Positions 13,901 through 27,252 of a stretch of 64,000 bases of DNA are shown in pieces (within the stretch, counting starts at the first letter, position 1; each line of letters opens with the position of its first letter). The position numbers were made by a program, and so were the translations under genes. Source of the DNA: Marsupella aquatica (taxonomy: Eukaryota > Plantae > Marchantiophyta); assembly GCA_973895155.1 (NCBI GenBank), contig OZ316896.1, forward strand, positions 19,642,754 to 19,706,753. Reading direction: 5' to 3'. The notes beneath the pieces are model-generated. The model was given only the letters and a program-made list of their open reading frames with translations. It did no database searches and had not been told where the DNA came from.

Positions 13901-16900
13901 CCGGAACGATCAGAGGAACCGTCTAGTTATAAGTGTCCAATGATACCTTAGGATGTTTGTAACACCAGTTCCTCGAACCCTCACATCACTGATGAGAATG
14001 GCCTTTTTTTGCAACTCGAAGCCATATCTGAGAACCAACATTTAGAGCGTAATTGATCAACGGTAGTTGCAAACAAAGCGTGGAACTCCTCATGTAGAAG
14101 CCAGTCCATTCTTTTAGATAAAGTGATATATGAAAGGGAGGAAAGGACCCGTTCTATTAGATAAAGTGATCTATGAAAGGGAGGGAAGGACCCAAATTTG
14201 AGACTTCCTGCGTTTGCTCATGGAAGTCAGAACAACCAACGAGAGAAGCTCCTATGCCCTAGATCGTACAAACTGTTGAGTTTACGGAGGATACAAGGAG
14301 GCTGAACAGAGATTTACATAGAAGAAAGGAATGTAGGTTCTTGCTGTCTTGCATGATATTCTAGAGTGAAAGCTCTATGATGTCAGTTTGATGGGAAAAG
14401 CCGAAAAAATTCTTTGATGAAGGTACGAATGCCAAGTGCATTGGCATTTCACGGAACACCAATGGAGCGCATAAAGAGAAGCTGGTGAAGACACATGAAC
14501 TTACTCTCTGCGAAACTGTTTCACAAACTCTTGCGCATAATCACTTTTACTATCAACAGGTTTACTGATCATCATGGCTGTATCTGTGCCCTGCAGACGT
14601 CAAGCAGGAAATGCTCAGAGCAATATCCTACAACCAAATTGCGGTAAGTTCAGCAGTTCAGACATTGCAAAAGAGGAACTCTGATGAACCCATGACCCAC
14701 CTCATAACGAAGATTCAGAAACACCTCTGTTGAGATATCTTTATCCTCGAAGCCCTGCAGAGAGAAATATCTTGTAACATCGGGATATCAAACCTTCATC
14801 AATCCATAGAGTAACATAAAATTTGGAAGCAGATGATAAGGAGATGCTAGCTATACACCACTCGGTAACTCTGCAGTCCCTAAACGTATTAAACTAAAAG
14901 TTTCTTGCAAGTACTAAACCCCGAACTTCCTGAACGATATTATGAGACAACACCTACCAATCATTTGACTCAGTAGGATGATTCACCTGGAGTCTAAGCT
15001 GCTTCTTGACCTCTTCCATAAGAGAAGAAGAGCGTCTTGACACCTCCTCCAAAGCAGCGGGACCATATTTTGCACTGTAAGGCTCCTGTGCCTCTTCTAT
15101 GACATCAGCAAGCCCCATTCCATATGCACTCAATATTCCAGCGTACCTATGGACCACCACCTCACCTGCAATTGCAGACAGTGCCAAGAGAGATGAGAAT
15201 GCAGCGCCTGATGTGACGTGCACCTGTCTTGACTGAATTGAAACAACTCAATCGCAGATAATGTAGAATCGAAATCCTCAAGTTGGTTTTAAGGCCTTTA
15301 AGATATGTAAAACACTAGGCCAAACATAACTGTATGAAAAACAAACCCACCCATTCCCAGGGCCCGAGCAATGGCGCAGGCATGTTGTGGTCCTGCCCCA
15401 CCAAAGCATGCTAACGCATGTTTACTTGTCTCATAACCCTTCATCTCTGTAAGCTGCAACAGCTCCCAGGAACAATGAGTCGACATGGAGAAAACCAAAA
15501 CTGCAGCAGCTTCCACATAAAGGGTCACAGGATCTATTTTAAGGAAACCAGGACTGCTCCGTTCTGACAGTTTCTGGTTGATAAGATGTACGGCAACATT
15601 TGGTCAAAAGCTAGAAAGCTCTTACAAATATTCAAACTGAACTATTGTTTGTACCTGACGGATTGGACGACACATGGCCTCATTTGCAACATCCAAGAAT
15701 CCAAGGGCAATCTCCTCCGCGGTCATGTCCTTGGCTGAAAACAATTTTGTAAAGTAAACAACAACATGTATTTAGTACGAATTAAATTGGTGCAAGGAAA
15801 GAAATTGCTAGAAGTGCTTCAACACAGACATCATTTCTAGCCTCCAACACGTTCAATTATGGGAACAAAGTAGCGGAATCCCAGGAAAAAAGGCCCACGT
15901 CCGTATTTTCCCAATTGTTCGCACTGAATAGAGTACTAACATTCAGAGTCCTGCTCATGGCGGTGAGTATTTATTGTGGAAGCCAAGTCTTTGAATGCCA
16001 GACGGCTTGCCTCCACATCCAATGGTTCATTTTCCTGCCATCGAGCACACAATCTTCTCAGTTCGAAATTCTGATCCAACGTTATGTTAACACTAATGTG
16101 CGCTCGCTTTCAGAAACAAAACCCACCTTTGGGCCAAATATTAAAGGAAAGTACTCCGGTATAATTCGTCCAAGAATTAGGTTGGCATCAGTGACAGCCA
16201 ACTGCCCTCCCTTGCGATAGCAGACTGGCCCAGGGTGCGCACTGACTGATTCAGGCCCTACCTGCAGGGTAACAAAGTTTACACTGTAAGAAAAGGAGGT
16301 CTAATGGGAGTTCACAATCAGAATTTGTGAAGCATTAGAAGACTTCTCGTACAATGCCTAACCTTGAAGACTCCAGCTAAGAACTTGAGTTTAGAGCCTC
16401 CACCCGCTGCCACTGTATTTATATCAAGTTGGGGTGCCTGCATGGTCGCACATGTCTCCAAAGTAAAATTTTGAGGACCGAAATAACCAAGCAAATAAAC
16501 CGCGAAACAGAAGGCAGCCATTGCGAGTGCACGAGCTATTTTCTGACAGACCTACCCAAGGCTCCAGTAAATCAAACTCATTTATATCCTCCAGGAGTAT
16601 CAAGACCTGGTCTGTGGGTAATGTGGTCATTCTCTAAGGAATCCTCAATAGCATCTCATGACACCCCAATTAGATAGTTTCCAAAATTCCGCTTGCAACC
16701 TGATCAATGGTACCTGGATGATAACCCCAGCCGTTTGAGTTTCCAAGACCTGTTCATATGCACCAGCGTATCTGCTGACATCTGTTGATGTTCCTCCCAT
16801 GTCAAACCCTATTAGCTGCACATAAAAGTATCCATAACTCCGTTCAGAACCCAAAATTTATAAAGAGCTCGTAATCCTGAACTGGACTACAGACAAACAA

Positions 16901-19900
16901 TCTTCTCTGAACAAAACTTATGCACGAACCAGTACTTACAGGTTGATTGGTTTCCAAGCCAAATGTCGTTTTAGCATATCCAACTACACCACCTGCTGGT
17001 CCTGAGAGAATGGCCTGACATGAGGAAAAAATGTCATCCTGAGTAGTTCTGCTTGTAATTGACGAAAAGTAAAGAACACCTTGAGCTTTTGCAACCAAAT
17101 AAAGATATTATCGCTTGCTCAAGAATTCACAGATCCTGATACGAAGCAACTGAAGCACCTTGCTTATGACAGAGTATAACCTTGTGACCTGAGAACCGAC
17201 TTTCTGGGGTAAGTCCTCCATCAGACTGCATAAAGGACACAGTCACTTTGTCCAGCCCATCATCGAATCCTGAATCATACCAGAAAGTCACAATATAAAC
17301 TGAGACAGACACCAAGGAAAATAACCCAAATCAAGATCTCGATACAAACACAGCGCAGGAAATTGAGTTTGCATTTTAATATGAAAACGTTCATTACGAA
17401 TCCAATATGCAAGGGGATAGCGCTTCGCTTCAACAGATTGAAATGTGAACTCCTGGGGTGAACATACTATGATATGGCTTGCAAATTCGTGAAATTATTG
17501 CCAATGGTCCATGCATTTGACTTGGAAGAAAGTCCACTCCTTACCAGAAAGGAAGCCCGACAGGTATTCCCTAATGACTGGGGTCAAATAGGCATCCACA
17601 GTTGCAGTCAGACCCCTTGGAACAGCTCGTACCATAGGAACAAGGGCAGATGATATGGACACCTGTTTAAAACCCATACTCCTTGCAACTCGCTCCACTA
17701 TCTGCTCATGGCATCAATCAGTTTGTAGAGTTACATGATACTGAGCAGTACAGTCAAGTTCCCTTCACAGTCTCTACCCATGCGTAATTTTACAGCAATC
17801 TCAGAGAAGTTGAACTACCAAGCTGTCTTCTCACAATCAGGAGATCCGCAGATGGTATTTCATCACTGCACTGGCATCCACAAGTTCGAAATTGGAACTC
17901 TCCCGTCATATTCAGGCAACATATTAATCAGTCTTCCATGACTACAACTGCCACAATCTAAACCTTGCTTGATTCCTAAAATCTCAACTGACAGAGACGA
18001 TGACCAAATCTATATCAACAGATTCCAGCACATGTCATTTCTCCTTCCAAACAGTGACATGAGGGAGGGGCCTTCAATAATGTAAATAACGCGAAGCTAT
18101 GAAAACAATCACCTGTTCATGAGCAGGATAGATATATGAATGAAGAAATACAACAGCGAGACTCTTAAATCCTTTGTCCAGCAAGGCCTGTTCACAATAC
18201 CATAGGGTACAAGTTCGTTAGATACAGCAGTCAAGCGTCGAATGAACCCCTTCCAATAAGTTGCAGCTACAGGCCAAAATTGCAGCTGAATCTTTGGTGA
18301 GTGCAATTTATTTCGAAAAATTTGATGTTGATCGACTTAATATCAAAGCTCCCGCTTGCAAAGTTTACGTAGGTGTGGAAAGATAGTCAAGAAAACGACC
18401 TGCAACGCAGGCTTTAGGCTATCTTCCTCTAGAGGTTTGACAATCTCCACCGTTTCTCCTGAAACTCCTTTGACTGACTGAGTACCCTCCTTTGGAGAAC
18501 TACTGACTCCACTCAAAGCAAGCTGGACACGCTCATCCACTTCTACCACTTCCTCATAACTGCAGAGAACCATGATTAGTAAAAGAGAGTCAATAAGCTG
18601 TTCCTTACTTTGCCAATTGCCACGCATTTCATAATGCTATTTTGCAATGAATCGCGTTAAAGAGGCACTAGTGAGATATGTTATTCATTTCCTCGAATGT
18701 TGGTCACTCGCAAATAGAAACCACTTTTCCAATATAGGTGACCATGGCCAATCAAAGCACTGTCCTCCATTTAGCTTCAAGGTTTAGGCAATGCCATAGA
18801 AAAGAACTACTATACATACAGTGTTGAGGGTATTGAGACCGTCAAATCGAAAATTTTTGGGCGAGCCTGATTTCCAATTCGTAAGAGATCTCTAAATCCC
18901 TGCGAAAACATCAAAAGACCAGAGTCTTAAGAGATTCAGGGGAGTCCTTCAAGAGCGCACAATCTCCGCACATGAGCACGTGTAACACTGCTCATATGCT
19001 CTGCTTAGCGGACGGAAAAATCTGAGAACGCAAAGTTGAATCAGACTCAATTAACAACCTTGGTTACACACAATGCAGTGCGTTCACCCTTTCTTTCAAG
19101 TAGTGCATTTGTTGCAACAGTTGTACCTGGAAGTTCACAGCTACATGAATTAGTTCAAAGTTGGCATTATCTACAGCAGGGACGACATAAGAAGAAAGTA
19201 GATGGGCAGAAAAAAATGGATATGTATTTTTATTTTTCTCCCTTCTGCGAGAAAAGCGGCGGCTTTCTGTTCCCTTGAACTCTCTCCTTTAACGCGGGGA
19301 GTTAATTCTGCTGATATACCTTGGGGTCACGCACTGAAAGTTAAAATTCGATTCATTCTTTAGAAGGATGCAATTTGTTAAGTTCATGAACTTAAAATAG
19401 GTTAGCATTAAAAAAGGAACAGGATCTGAAAATTCACTTTCGGTAGGAACAACTCAGCTGCCCTGAGAAATCTTTCCGACGGACAAGAAGCAGGATGTCG
19501 GGAGCAATTCTCAAGTAGAAAGTGCATGCAACAAATGGATAAGACGACAGGAGATTTACCCATTCGAATCCAGTCCAGTCTCGCAGTTGGGAGCTTCTGG
19601 GACCTTGGAATTTTCTCCCCCGTCACCTGGACCATCAAGATTCGACTTAGAGAACATGACGTGCCATTCTATACCACGATCTGCTCACTCTTCGTCTCGC
19701 AATTCTAAACCGAAAACCTTGACGGCATTTTTTATCGCAATGCATTGCTTAAAGGTCAAGCGACAGCGGATGTACCTCTTCCAGAATTCTCCTTATTCCT
19801 TCACGAGGCGCATCTTCGTAGTTACCCGGATCTACAGACAGGAGCTTAATAAAACGCCAACCTGGCTCTCCAGGCACCTGCAAGAAAAAGTTAGGCATGT

Positions 19901-20831
19901 ATCAATCAAGGTACCACCAGCTACATCGAGCACAATTCATCTTCCTGGAAAACATCATAACTGCGGTTCAATTGGATTCCCCGAACACCTTACGGAACCT
20001 TGCTACATCGGATGAACACCATTTCTTGCTTGCTAAACGCGCACAGCTTTGCGTCAGGGTTGGCGCCTTCCACTACCCCATCAGAAGGCCAGCTGAGCAT
20101 GGCTGACGAGGAAATCGTTCATTCCATGTAAAGGTCAAGCTTATGCCGGGGAATTAATAAAGCAATCACTACCGGAATTTCAGCCTGAATAGATATCGTG
20201 CGATTAGTAGCTTCCTCATTGCTTTCGATTCGTCACAATTTGCAGCTCTCTTTGTTGAATGTGTCCGTTGTCCATTCCATCCCTTCCTCCTGAATTCATT
20301 CTTGATCCATTCACTCAATCGCTGCCAATCTATCTCTGTCCATTGCTCCAAACTTCATTGACTATCCATTCAGTCCATCTTGTCTACGCGCACACCGTTT
20401 GTCCCTTGCTGGTGAAATTCATTCTCCATCCATTCTATCTTTGTCATTGTGCAAACTTGTTGTACCTTGCTCCCATTCGAAAATGTATTCATTCATTCAT
20501 TCGAAAATTGTTAGCAAACGTCCGGTCCTTTCCTCTAACAATTTACACATTCATTCTTGTGAAGAGTGTCTATTATCTATGTTGCAAAATGTTGTGTCGC
20601 TGTCTGAGCTGATGGGATGTGATATCTCTGCGCTTGATCATCAGGCGATTCCGAAAAAAAACTGAAAAAAGAAAATTAAATTGCCTGCCATACCAAAGTT
20701 CATTCAAGGAAATCACGAGGAGCACCAAGCTAAGAATTCAAGCACTATACCTCAGCGTAGACATCCGTGAACGTGCCGCCTCTGTCAATGCAGAACCGGA
20801 ATTGTCTGGCGCTGCGATCCTTCTCCGCCAT
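7931..20831 (-). CDS. OXP1: 5-oxoprolinase (ATP-hydrolysing; hydantoinase A+B fusion), about 36 exons
   Basis: Exon 1 (20831-20751) [27 protein letters not shown]. Further exons encode [52 protein letters not shown]...[35 protein letters not shown]...[19 protein letters not shown]. Last exon ends [15 protein letters not shown] (stop at 7931-7933). Confidence 0.96.
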
Positions 20832-21197
20832 GCTTTTCGTCAGTCACGTCGACTCAGTCGTGCAAAACAACAGCAATTAATCTGTCCACGGGGAGCACTT
20901 CCCGTCTTTTTCAGATTCGCTCACAGCCAGAAATCAGGCCATCAACGTGTCTAACAATTGGCAGCGAGGGCCGGGCATGACTGTCGATTTCTAATCCAGT
21001 TTGGTTCGTTCGACAGGGGCCGACACCCGAATGTTGTGGGAGAGCCGTCCTCGAGCCGAAATCAATCTCAACCAGCTCCCTCAATCAGCGCAGAAGCGCA
21101 GAAGCTCCCTCACTCTGTTGCGCAGCGCAGAAACTCTCGTGTGCTGAGAGCTTCGGAAGCTATGCCGAATGTGGCGCTGATGCTTGACACCGTGGAA

Positions 21198-21858
21198 CGA
21201 GTACAGTGTGGTGCTTGCTCTGAGGTTCGAGTACCGCAGAACACGAGTACCATGGTGCTATGAGGGTGCTAGGAGGGTGCAATGAGGGTGCTATGAGAGT
21301 ACACAGGTGCTTGCCCTGAGGTTCGAGTACCGCAGAACACGAGTACTGTGGTGCTATGAGGGTGCTATTAGAGTACACAGGTGCTTGCTCTGAGGTTCGA
21401 GAATCGCCGAAAACGAGTTTCGTGGTGCTATTAGAGTACAGTGGTGCTATTAGAGTACAGTGGTGCTATTAGAGTACAGTGGTGCTATGAGAGTACAGTG
21501 GTGCTATGAGAGTACAGTGGTGCTATGAGGGCGCTATAAGATTACACAGGTGCTTGCTCTGAGTTTAGAGTACCGCAGAACACGAGTACCATGGTGCTAT
21601 GAGAGAACAAAGGTGTTTTCTCTGAGGTTAGAGTATTGCAGAACACTAGTACAGTGGTGCTATGAGAGTACAGCGGTCATTGCTCTGAGGTTGGAGTTTA
21701 GCAGAACACCAGTACAGTGGTGCTATGGGAGTACAGTGGTGTTTGCTCTGAGGTTTGAGTACTGCAGAACCCGAGTAATGGTGCTATGAGAGTACAGCCA
21801 TAATTGCTCTGAGGTTGGAGTTTAGCAGAACACCAGTACAATGATGCTATGAGAGGAC
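21198..21858. repeat. Tandem array of about 62-bp units with nested 19-bp and 11-bp sub-repeats (left part)
   Basis: About 8 copies of GGTGCTTGCTCTGAGGTTCGAGTACCGCAGAACACGAGTACAGTGGTGCTATGAGAGTACA, plus a run of GTGGTGCTAT(G/T)AGAGTACA at about 21422-21530. Confidence 0.92.
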
Positions 21859-21994
21859 TAAGAGCATTCGGGCGGGCGCCATCCGGCCAGTTCAGCCTCG
21901 ATATTAAAAATCGACAATCACTATTTGTGCACCTAGAACTGATTAACTCTCATTGTTCATTCATATATTCTCCGTGTCCCCCGTTTGGTCTTTG

Positions 21995-22855
21995 TGTTGC
22001 GTGCACTTCTGCAGAGTTGAAGCAGCTTTGCTACTCATGGATGCACATATCTCAAGATCCAATTGTCGGGGCTGGACAAAGAAACCTGACTTTTGGGGAT
22101 CGTGTAGCAGCACAATTGTACAATGAGCATCGACCATGGGGCACACAAGAGAGAGGTGCCAGATCCTTAGAGAGCAAATGGGGTGAGGTAAAGCACGATG
22201 TCACCAAATTCTCTCGTGCATTTACCAATGTAGTGGACCTTTGTTTGTTAGGATCAAACGAGGACACCTTGCAGAAAGCCAAGGAACTCTACTCAGAGAA
22301 GCATCTTAAGGGAAAAGAATTTGCTTTCATTGAGACAGTGTTGGTACTTGCTCAAAGAGTGCCCTCGATTTTCCAATACTGTTGACGATATGGCACCCAA
22401 GGGGAAGGGGAAGCAGAAAGGGAAGAAGGCAGCACAAAAGGAGAATGAGTTGCCAAGCCCTCAGACTCCTGAAGAAGTTAACAAACAGTTGACCAATGTG
22501 GACATCGGGTACATAGAAGAAGTCCACATTGGTACCAGCCTATGCACAACGTAAAATGGTTGCCAGCAACACCAAGAGATTGAAAATCATGGAAGATCAG
22601 AGCTTGTTTAGCTTGCAAGCAGCAGATGTTGATGAGGAATGCCAAGAATTTTTCAAGTTGCAGAGATCACGGGAGCTAGAGAAGTTCAAGAAAAAACTTG
22701 TCATGGAGGAAGAAGAGGTTTCTATCTCAAGTAGGCGACTTGATTGTCCACCATCTACATGTAATTCTGTCAAAAACAATCCAAGAGCAAGAATTGATCA
22801 AGACTCCCTCACCGCATACACAGACATCTCTCACGCAAGTGCCATTGAGGAATAG
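21995..22855 (+). pseudogene. Harbinger ORF1 (Myb/SANT-like, NAM-associated type), frameshifted
   Basis: ELKQLCYSWMHISQDPIVGAGQ...RSLESKW...KF, then CWYLLKECPRF and a C-terminal coiled segment (EECQEFFKLQR) in different frames. No clear start codon. Confidence 0.8.
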
Positions 22856-24655
22856 TTGGTTCTCAAGTGAGCAAAGATATGTGATTGAGTCAAAGAGGCT
22901 CATAAATTGGCGCTGGAACATAAATGTTTGTAACTTTTTTACTAATTCAAGGTCCTACGATGTTGCTCTTGTTGTGGGATGGAAAGAGGCAATGTTCTCC
23001 CTGAAAGCATTGGTGATTATCAAAAGACCTCCTCTTGTCACTGCTCTCCCTTATAAGGGTAGTTGTCCTTCATTGAACTTGGTTCCAGTAGTACACCGGC
23101 CATCTAAGCAAGATTTGGATCCATGAGATCTCTTTAATAACCAAAGGCAAGGATAGGATCGCCAGAATGTTTTCCCTAGATTTAAGAGTCAATTATTTTA
23201 CAAATGCATATCTGCAGAATCATTTTCGGATGTTCTTGAAATAAAATATTGGCATACTTTCACATTAATCTTCCAAATACATGCCAAGGGGTTCCTTGTT
23301 TGTGGAGTCCCACCGGGAGTCCCTAAAGACAAGCCCGTCTCTGAGCCGACTACTTTTGATGTCAGTTTTTTCAACAGTTCTCAGATGCAAGTTTAGAGTT
23401 TTGTTTTGCTTTGGCACAATTATTTGTCAGTCAAACTTTGAGATCTCTTTGTCTTTGATCTACCAAAGTGTACCTTAGTTTGATCCACATCTTGGCTAGT
23501 GTCCAAAATGCGTTGATTTGCCTCTTGTTTAGAATACATTTCTTATTTATGACACCTCATATGTAGGCACAATGCACATGACTAAGTCAATCGAGAATTT
23601 CTTGTATCTTCTCAGTTCGACACCTAACATTTAATTAGGCACAGTGCAAATGATTGATTGTCACTTTTGAGTTAGATTGGGTTTCTCTCTTCTCTCTTCT
23701 GCCATCGATTCGTTATTGTTCAACAGAATTGTTCTTATAAAAGCATTATAAAAGCAACCTGGAAGCTTATTGGACTTCTCATTCAACTCTATTGTAAACG
23801 CAAAGTTCTTTCGCCATCTCATAAGAAAGGACTCAAAGTTTTTTTCCTCTTGGTTGTGTGAACAGTAAGAAAATTCAGGCAGGCAGGCCTGAAGATCCAG
23901 TCCCGGTTGTGTATGAGATGTTGTCCAATGAAACTCTTATCCAATATGTTCACTTTCTCAAAACTCGGTAGACCTTGGTTCTCTCAGATTCATAGGCTAT
24001 GTAATGATGATCACTCTACATAAAATACTTAAACAAATGCATATTCAATACAAAAAAATCTTTGTACATCTATCCGTGTGATGGAAGGCTACTAAAATAT
24101 ACATATAGTACAAAGCATCTCCTGAACATACCAACTCTCTAACATATTTCATATTCAAGAGCTTTACACAATTTTATCCCTGGCATTGCCTTGCACAACA
24201 ATAATGTTTGAATAATTATGTTGCGTCAAATCAGGTGTTCTTTAGCCGGTACAAATATAATTCTTCAATTACTTTCAATTGAATCCTATCATGTGCGTGA
24301 CTTGGCAATGGACAGAACAAATCATTTCTAGCTAATTATCAAACTTATACATCACACAGACAAAAGCAATTTTACACAGATTGGAAGCTCCTCTTTATTT
24401 TACAGAAATTAAAATGTGTAGACTAGCTAAGTAAGCTTTTAGTAATAGCTACTCGTTGACCAGTCCTTTGATTCTCTATATTTGTCAGCTCGATTAAACA
24501 ACTACTCAGTACCATCAAGAAGAATCTCTCATGCCTACACTGTCCTCCCGTAGTAAAGACCTACTATAATAATACCCAATAGCGATCTCTTCTATTCACA
24601 GAGTTATCTTTGATTGAAGTATGGATACATTGTTACTAACATTGGTCAGAACTAC

Positions 24656-25980
24656 TCAATTGCTCACGTAATGAAAATGATGCCCTCTACCTTTTAGAGC
24701 CCACAAATGGTCTACTAGGTCATTTTGAAGCATAAAATGGACTGAATTGTCTTCAATGATCCGAGTGATAGCTAAATATTGCTTCTTGTCTGTTGTAGGT
24801 AGTCTCCTTCCTTCACCAGACCGTCTCGAGTGTCTTGATTTCCTGATCCCATTCTTCTAGTAACTGCTCCAATCTCTCATCTTGGACTGTAATCATATTA
24901 TGTAATACAACACATGCTAGACATATATCTTTGATTGTTTGAACATTGTGAATCCTAGTAGGGTTTCTGCACCTTGCCTGCAAAACACCGAAAGCACGCT
25001 CCACATCTGTCCGTGCACCTTCTTGGTATTTTGAAAGCCACTTCCTTGCCTCACCCTGTGGCAGCAAAATAGTTGGAACAAAACTTGACCAGTCAGAGTA
25101 TATGAAATCTGTCAAAAGGTAGTAGCTGTCATATTTTCTGCCATGTGAATCCCATTTCATGAGCTTCACTTCTGAGAAAGTTGTTCACCAATGGAGATCT
25201 ATCCAACACAATCAAATCATTGTTGGCTCCCGACAAACCAAAATAGGCATGCCAGATCCACAATGACTGGTCAGCAATTGCCTCCAACACAATTGATTTT
25301 TCTCCATCCTGATTGATGAACAAACCCTGCCAAGCAACAGGGCAATTTTTCCATAGATAATGCATACAATCCAGGGAGGCAAACATTCCAGGAAAACCCT
25401 TGTCCTCATTGATTTTGAGCTGCTTCTCCATGTCCTCTCTAGTTGGCTACCTCAAGTATTCTCCCTCAAAAACTGCTTGAATGGCTCTAACAAATCTTTT
25501 CAAAGACTCCATAGTTGTGGTTTCCCCAATCCGACAATATTTGTCTACTGCATCAGCCAAAATTCCAAGCAAGAGCATTCGAAGAGCGGCTGTCATCTTT
25601 TGAATTGAAGACAAACCAAGAACGTTGGCAGCATCACATTTTTGCAAAAAAATATGTGTCATACTCACAAACAACATTGTGAATTTTCCAGAAAAGATGT
25701 TTCCTCATCCAAAACCTCCTTCTGAATTTCACGTCATTGTACACTGGTTGTTCATGGAAGTAGTCTTTCCAAATCCTCTCATGCCCCTCTTGTCTCTCCC
25801 GATCAACATTGGCAGCCTTTCCTGGCCTAGAGCCACCTCTTCTACGAATTCTATGTTGACTGTAGTAATCCATTAAAGCCATAATTAGGCCCAGAGAGTG
25901 TGATTGCCTCCCACCATAGTTGGTCTTGCTCCATCTCTGTCAACTCAACTTGTACTTGCATTTGAAGTTTTCGATGCCAT
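24656..25980 (-). pseudogene. Harbinger DDE transposase, multiple frameshifts
   Basis: Motifs FRRRFWM, QKMTAALRML, FPGMFASLDCMHYLWKNCPVAWQG, GANNDLIVLDRSP, YLLTDFIY, RTDVERAFGVLQAR, ACVVLHNMI and DLVDHLW, spread over several frames. Confidence 0.92.
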
Positions 25981-26561
25981 TCTGCCAATGAATTCATACT
26001 TTTACCCTAAAAACATTGGATTTTTGCAACGCAATTCACTAATGGACGGAAAGGAAAGAACACGAAGGGGAGAGCAAGTTGTCAAGAGACATGAGTCTAG
26101 ATTTGCTTTGCCCTACCAATGCGCTTTAGTACTCATGGCACGTAACAATTCTCATTTGGTCCCTGAGAAAGCCTTGGTTGAAACCAAAAGGATAGGAGAG
26201 TATTCCTGCAACATGACAAAGGCCACAGGTAGCCACGGATGAGTCCCAATTGCGGAAGGAATCTGGCATGATTTTGTAAAAGAAGGAAACTGTTGGTGCA
26301 ACTGGCAGGGAGAAAGCACTTCCAGCAAAACATGCATTTGCATGGTTCAACATTCTTTGGAGGGGAACATCAGAGTGTTCATGTTTGTACAGCCCGAACT
26401 GCCCGATACTTTGAACCTGGCAGGTTTACCGGCCTGGTATGCAATGTCGGGGTGGGGAAAAGTTCCGGGGCAACTACGGGACCGACGGCCAGGCCCCCAC
26501 CAGCCCTGAAAATACCCCCAATACCGGCCCGCATATGGAGCCACCAGTGGGGATGCTCTAA

Positions 26562-26785
26562 GGTGTTTGCTCTGAGGTTGTACCATAGAACACGAGTACA
26601 GTGGTGCTTGCTCTAAGGTTCGAGTACCGCAAAACATGAGTACAATGGTGCTATAAGAGTACAGTTGTAATTGCTCTAAGGTCCGAGTATAGCAAAATGC
26701 CAGTACACTGGTGCTATGAGAGTACATTGGTGCTTGCTCTGAGGTTGGATTAACGCACAACACGAGTACAATGGTGTTTGTGAGG
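26562..26785. repeat. Continuation of the about 62-bp tandem array on the far side of the Harbinger insertion
   Basis: About 4 more units (ggtgcttgctctRaggttcgagtaccgcaRaacacgagtacaRtggtgctat). Confidence 0.9.
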
Positions 26786-26973
26786 AAAGCTAGTTGGAGC
26801 TTGTTTTCCAAGTCAAGGTACCCTTGTCTCACCACATATTGTAAACCAAGCACACCTCTTTTGTACCTTATTAGGCAGGTCTTGCTATCACAGCACTTCA
26901 AACCAAACATTTCTAACAACCAACAAAATGAGTTCAAACTTGAAGTCATGAATTGGCTCAACTAACAAGAACA

Positions 26974-27252
26974 TTGACAAATCTTTTTTTTTTTTTAAAG
27001 AAGAGGAAAGTTAGTCAAAATATTTGAACCCAAGATGTACCAGTCTCCACTCAAGTGAGCTACCCACACATCCATGTCCTCTCTGGGCAACCTTGGCAAA
27101 TCTTAAAAAAAATTAAAATTTAAGAGGGGAAATCTCTGAAACCCCACAGAAAGCGAAGAGTCAATCACAACATATAAACACTAGACCTATAAATCTCAAC
27201 CCAAGTGAGCTACCACACAACCATGCCTCTCTAGGTAACCTTGGCAAATCTT
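26974..27252 (-). repeat. Degenerate tandem units with tRNA/SINE-like A and B boxes and an A-tract
   Basis: On the minus strand, GGTAGCTCACTTG (A-box-like, twice), GGTTCAAAT (B-box-like) and a poly(A) tract (T-run near 26984-26996). ttgRcaaatctt recurs at 26974, 27093 and 27241. Confidence 0.45.

Larger units (their letters stand above)
21862..26558. mobile_element. PIF/Harbinger (Pong-like) DNA transposon, defective
   Basis: Termini GAGCAT...ATGCTC, TAA TSD on both sides (21859-21861 and 26559-26561), convergent Myb/SANT-type ORF1 and DDE transposase. The reconstructed empty site restores a unit of the flanking tandem repeat. Confidence 0.9.

Noticed and set aside
21198-21858. Repeat array as a CRISPR-like repeat-spacer locus
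   Set aside because: Units are similar along their whole length with no unique spacers, there are no cas genes, and the context is eukaryotic.
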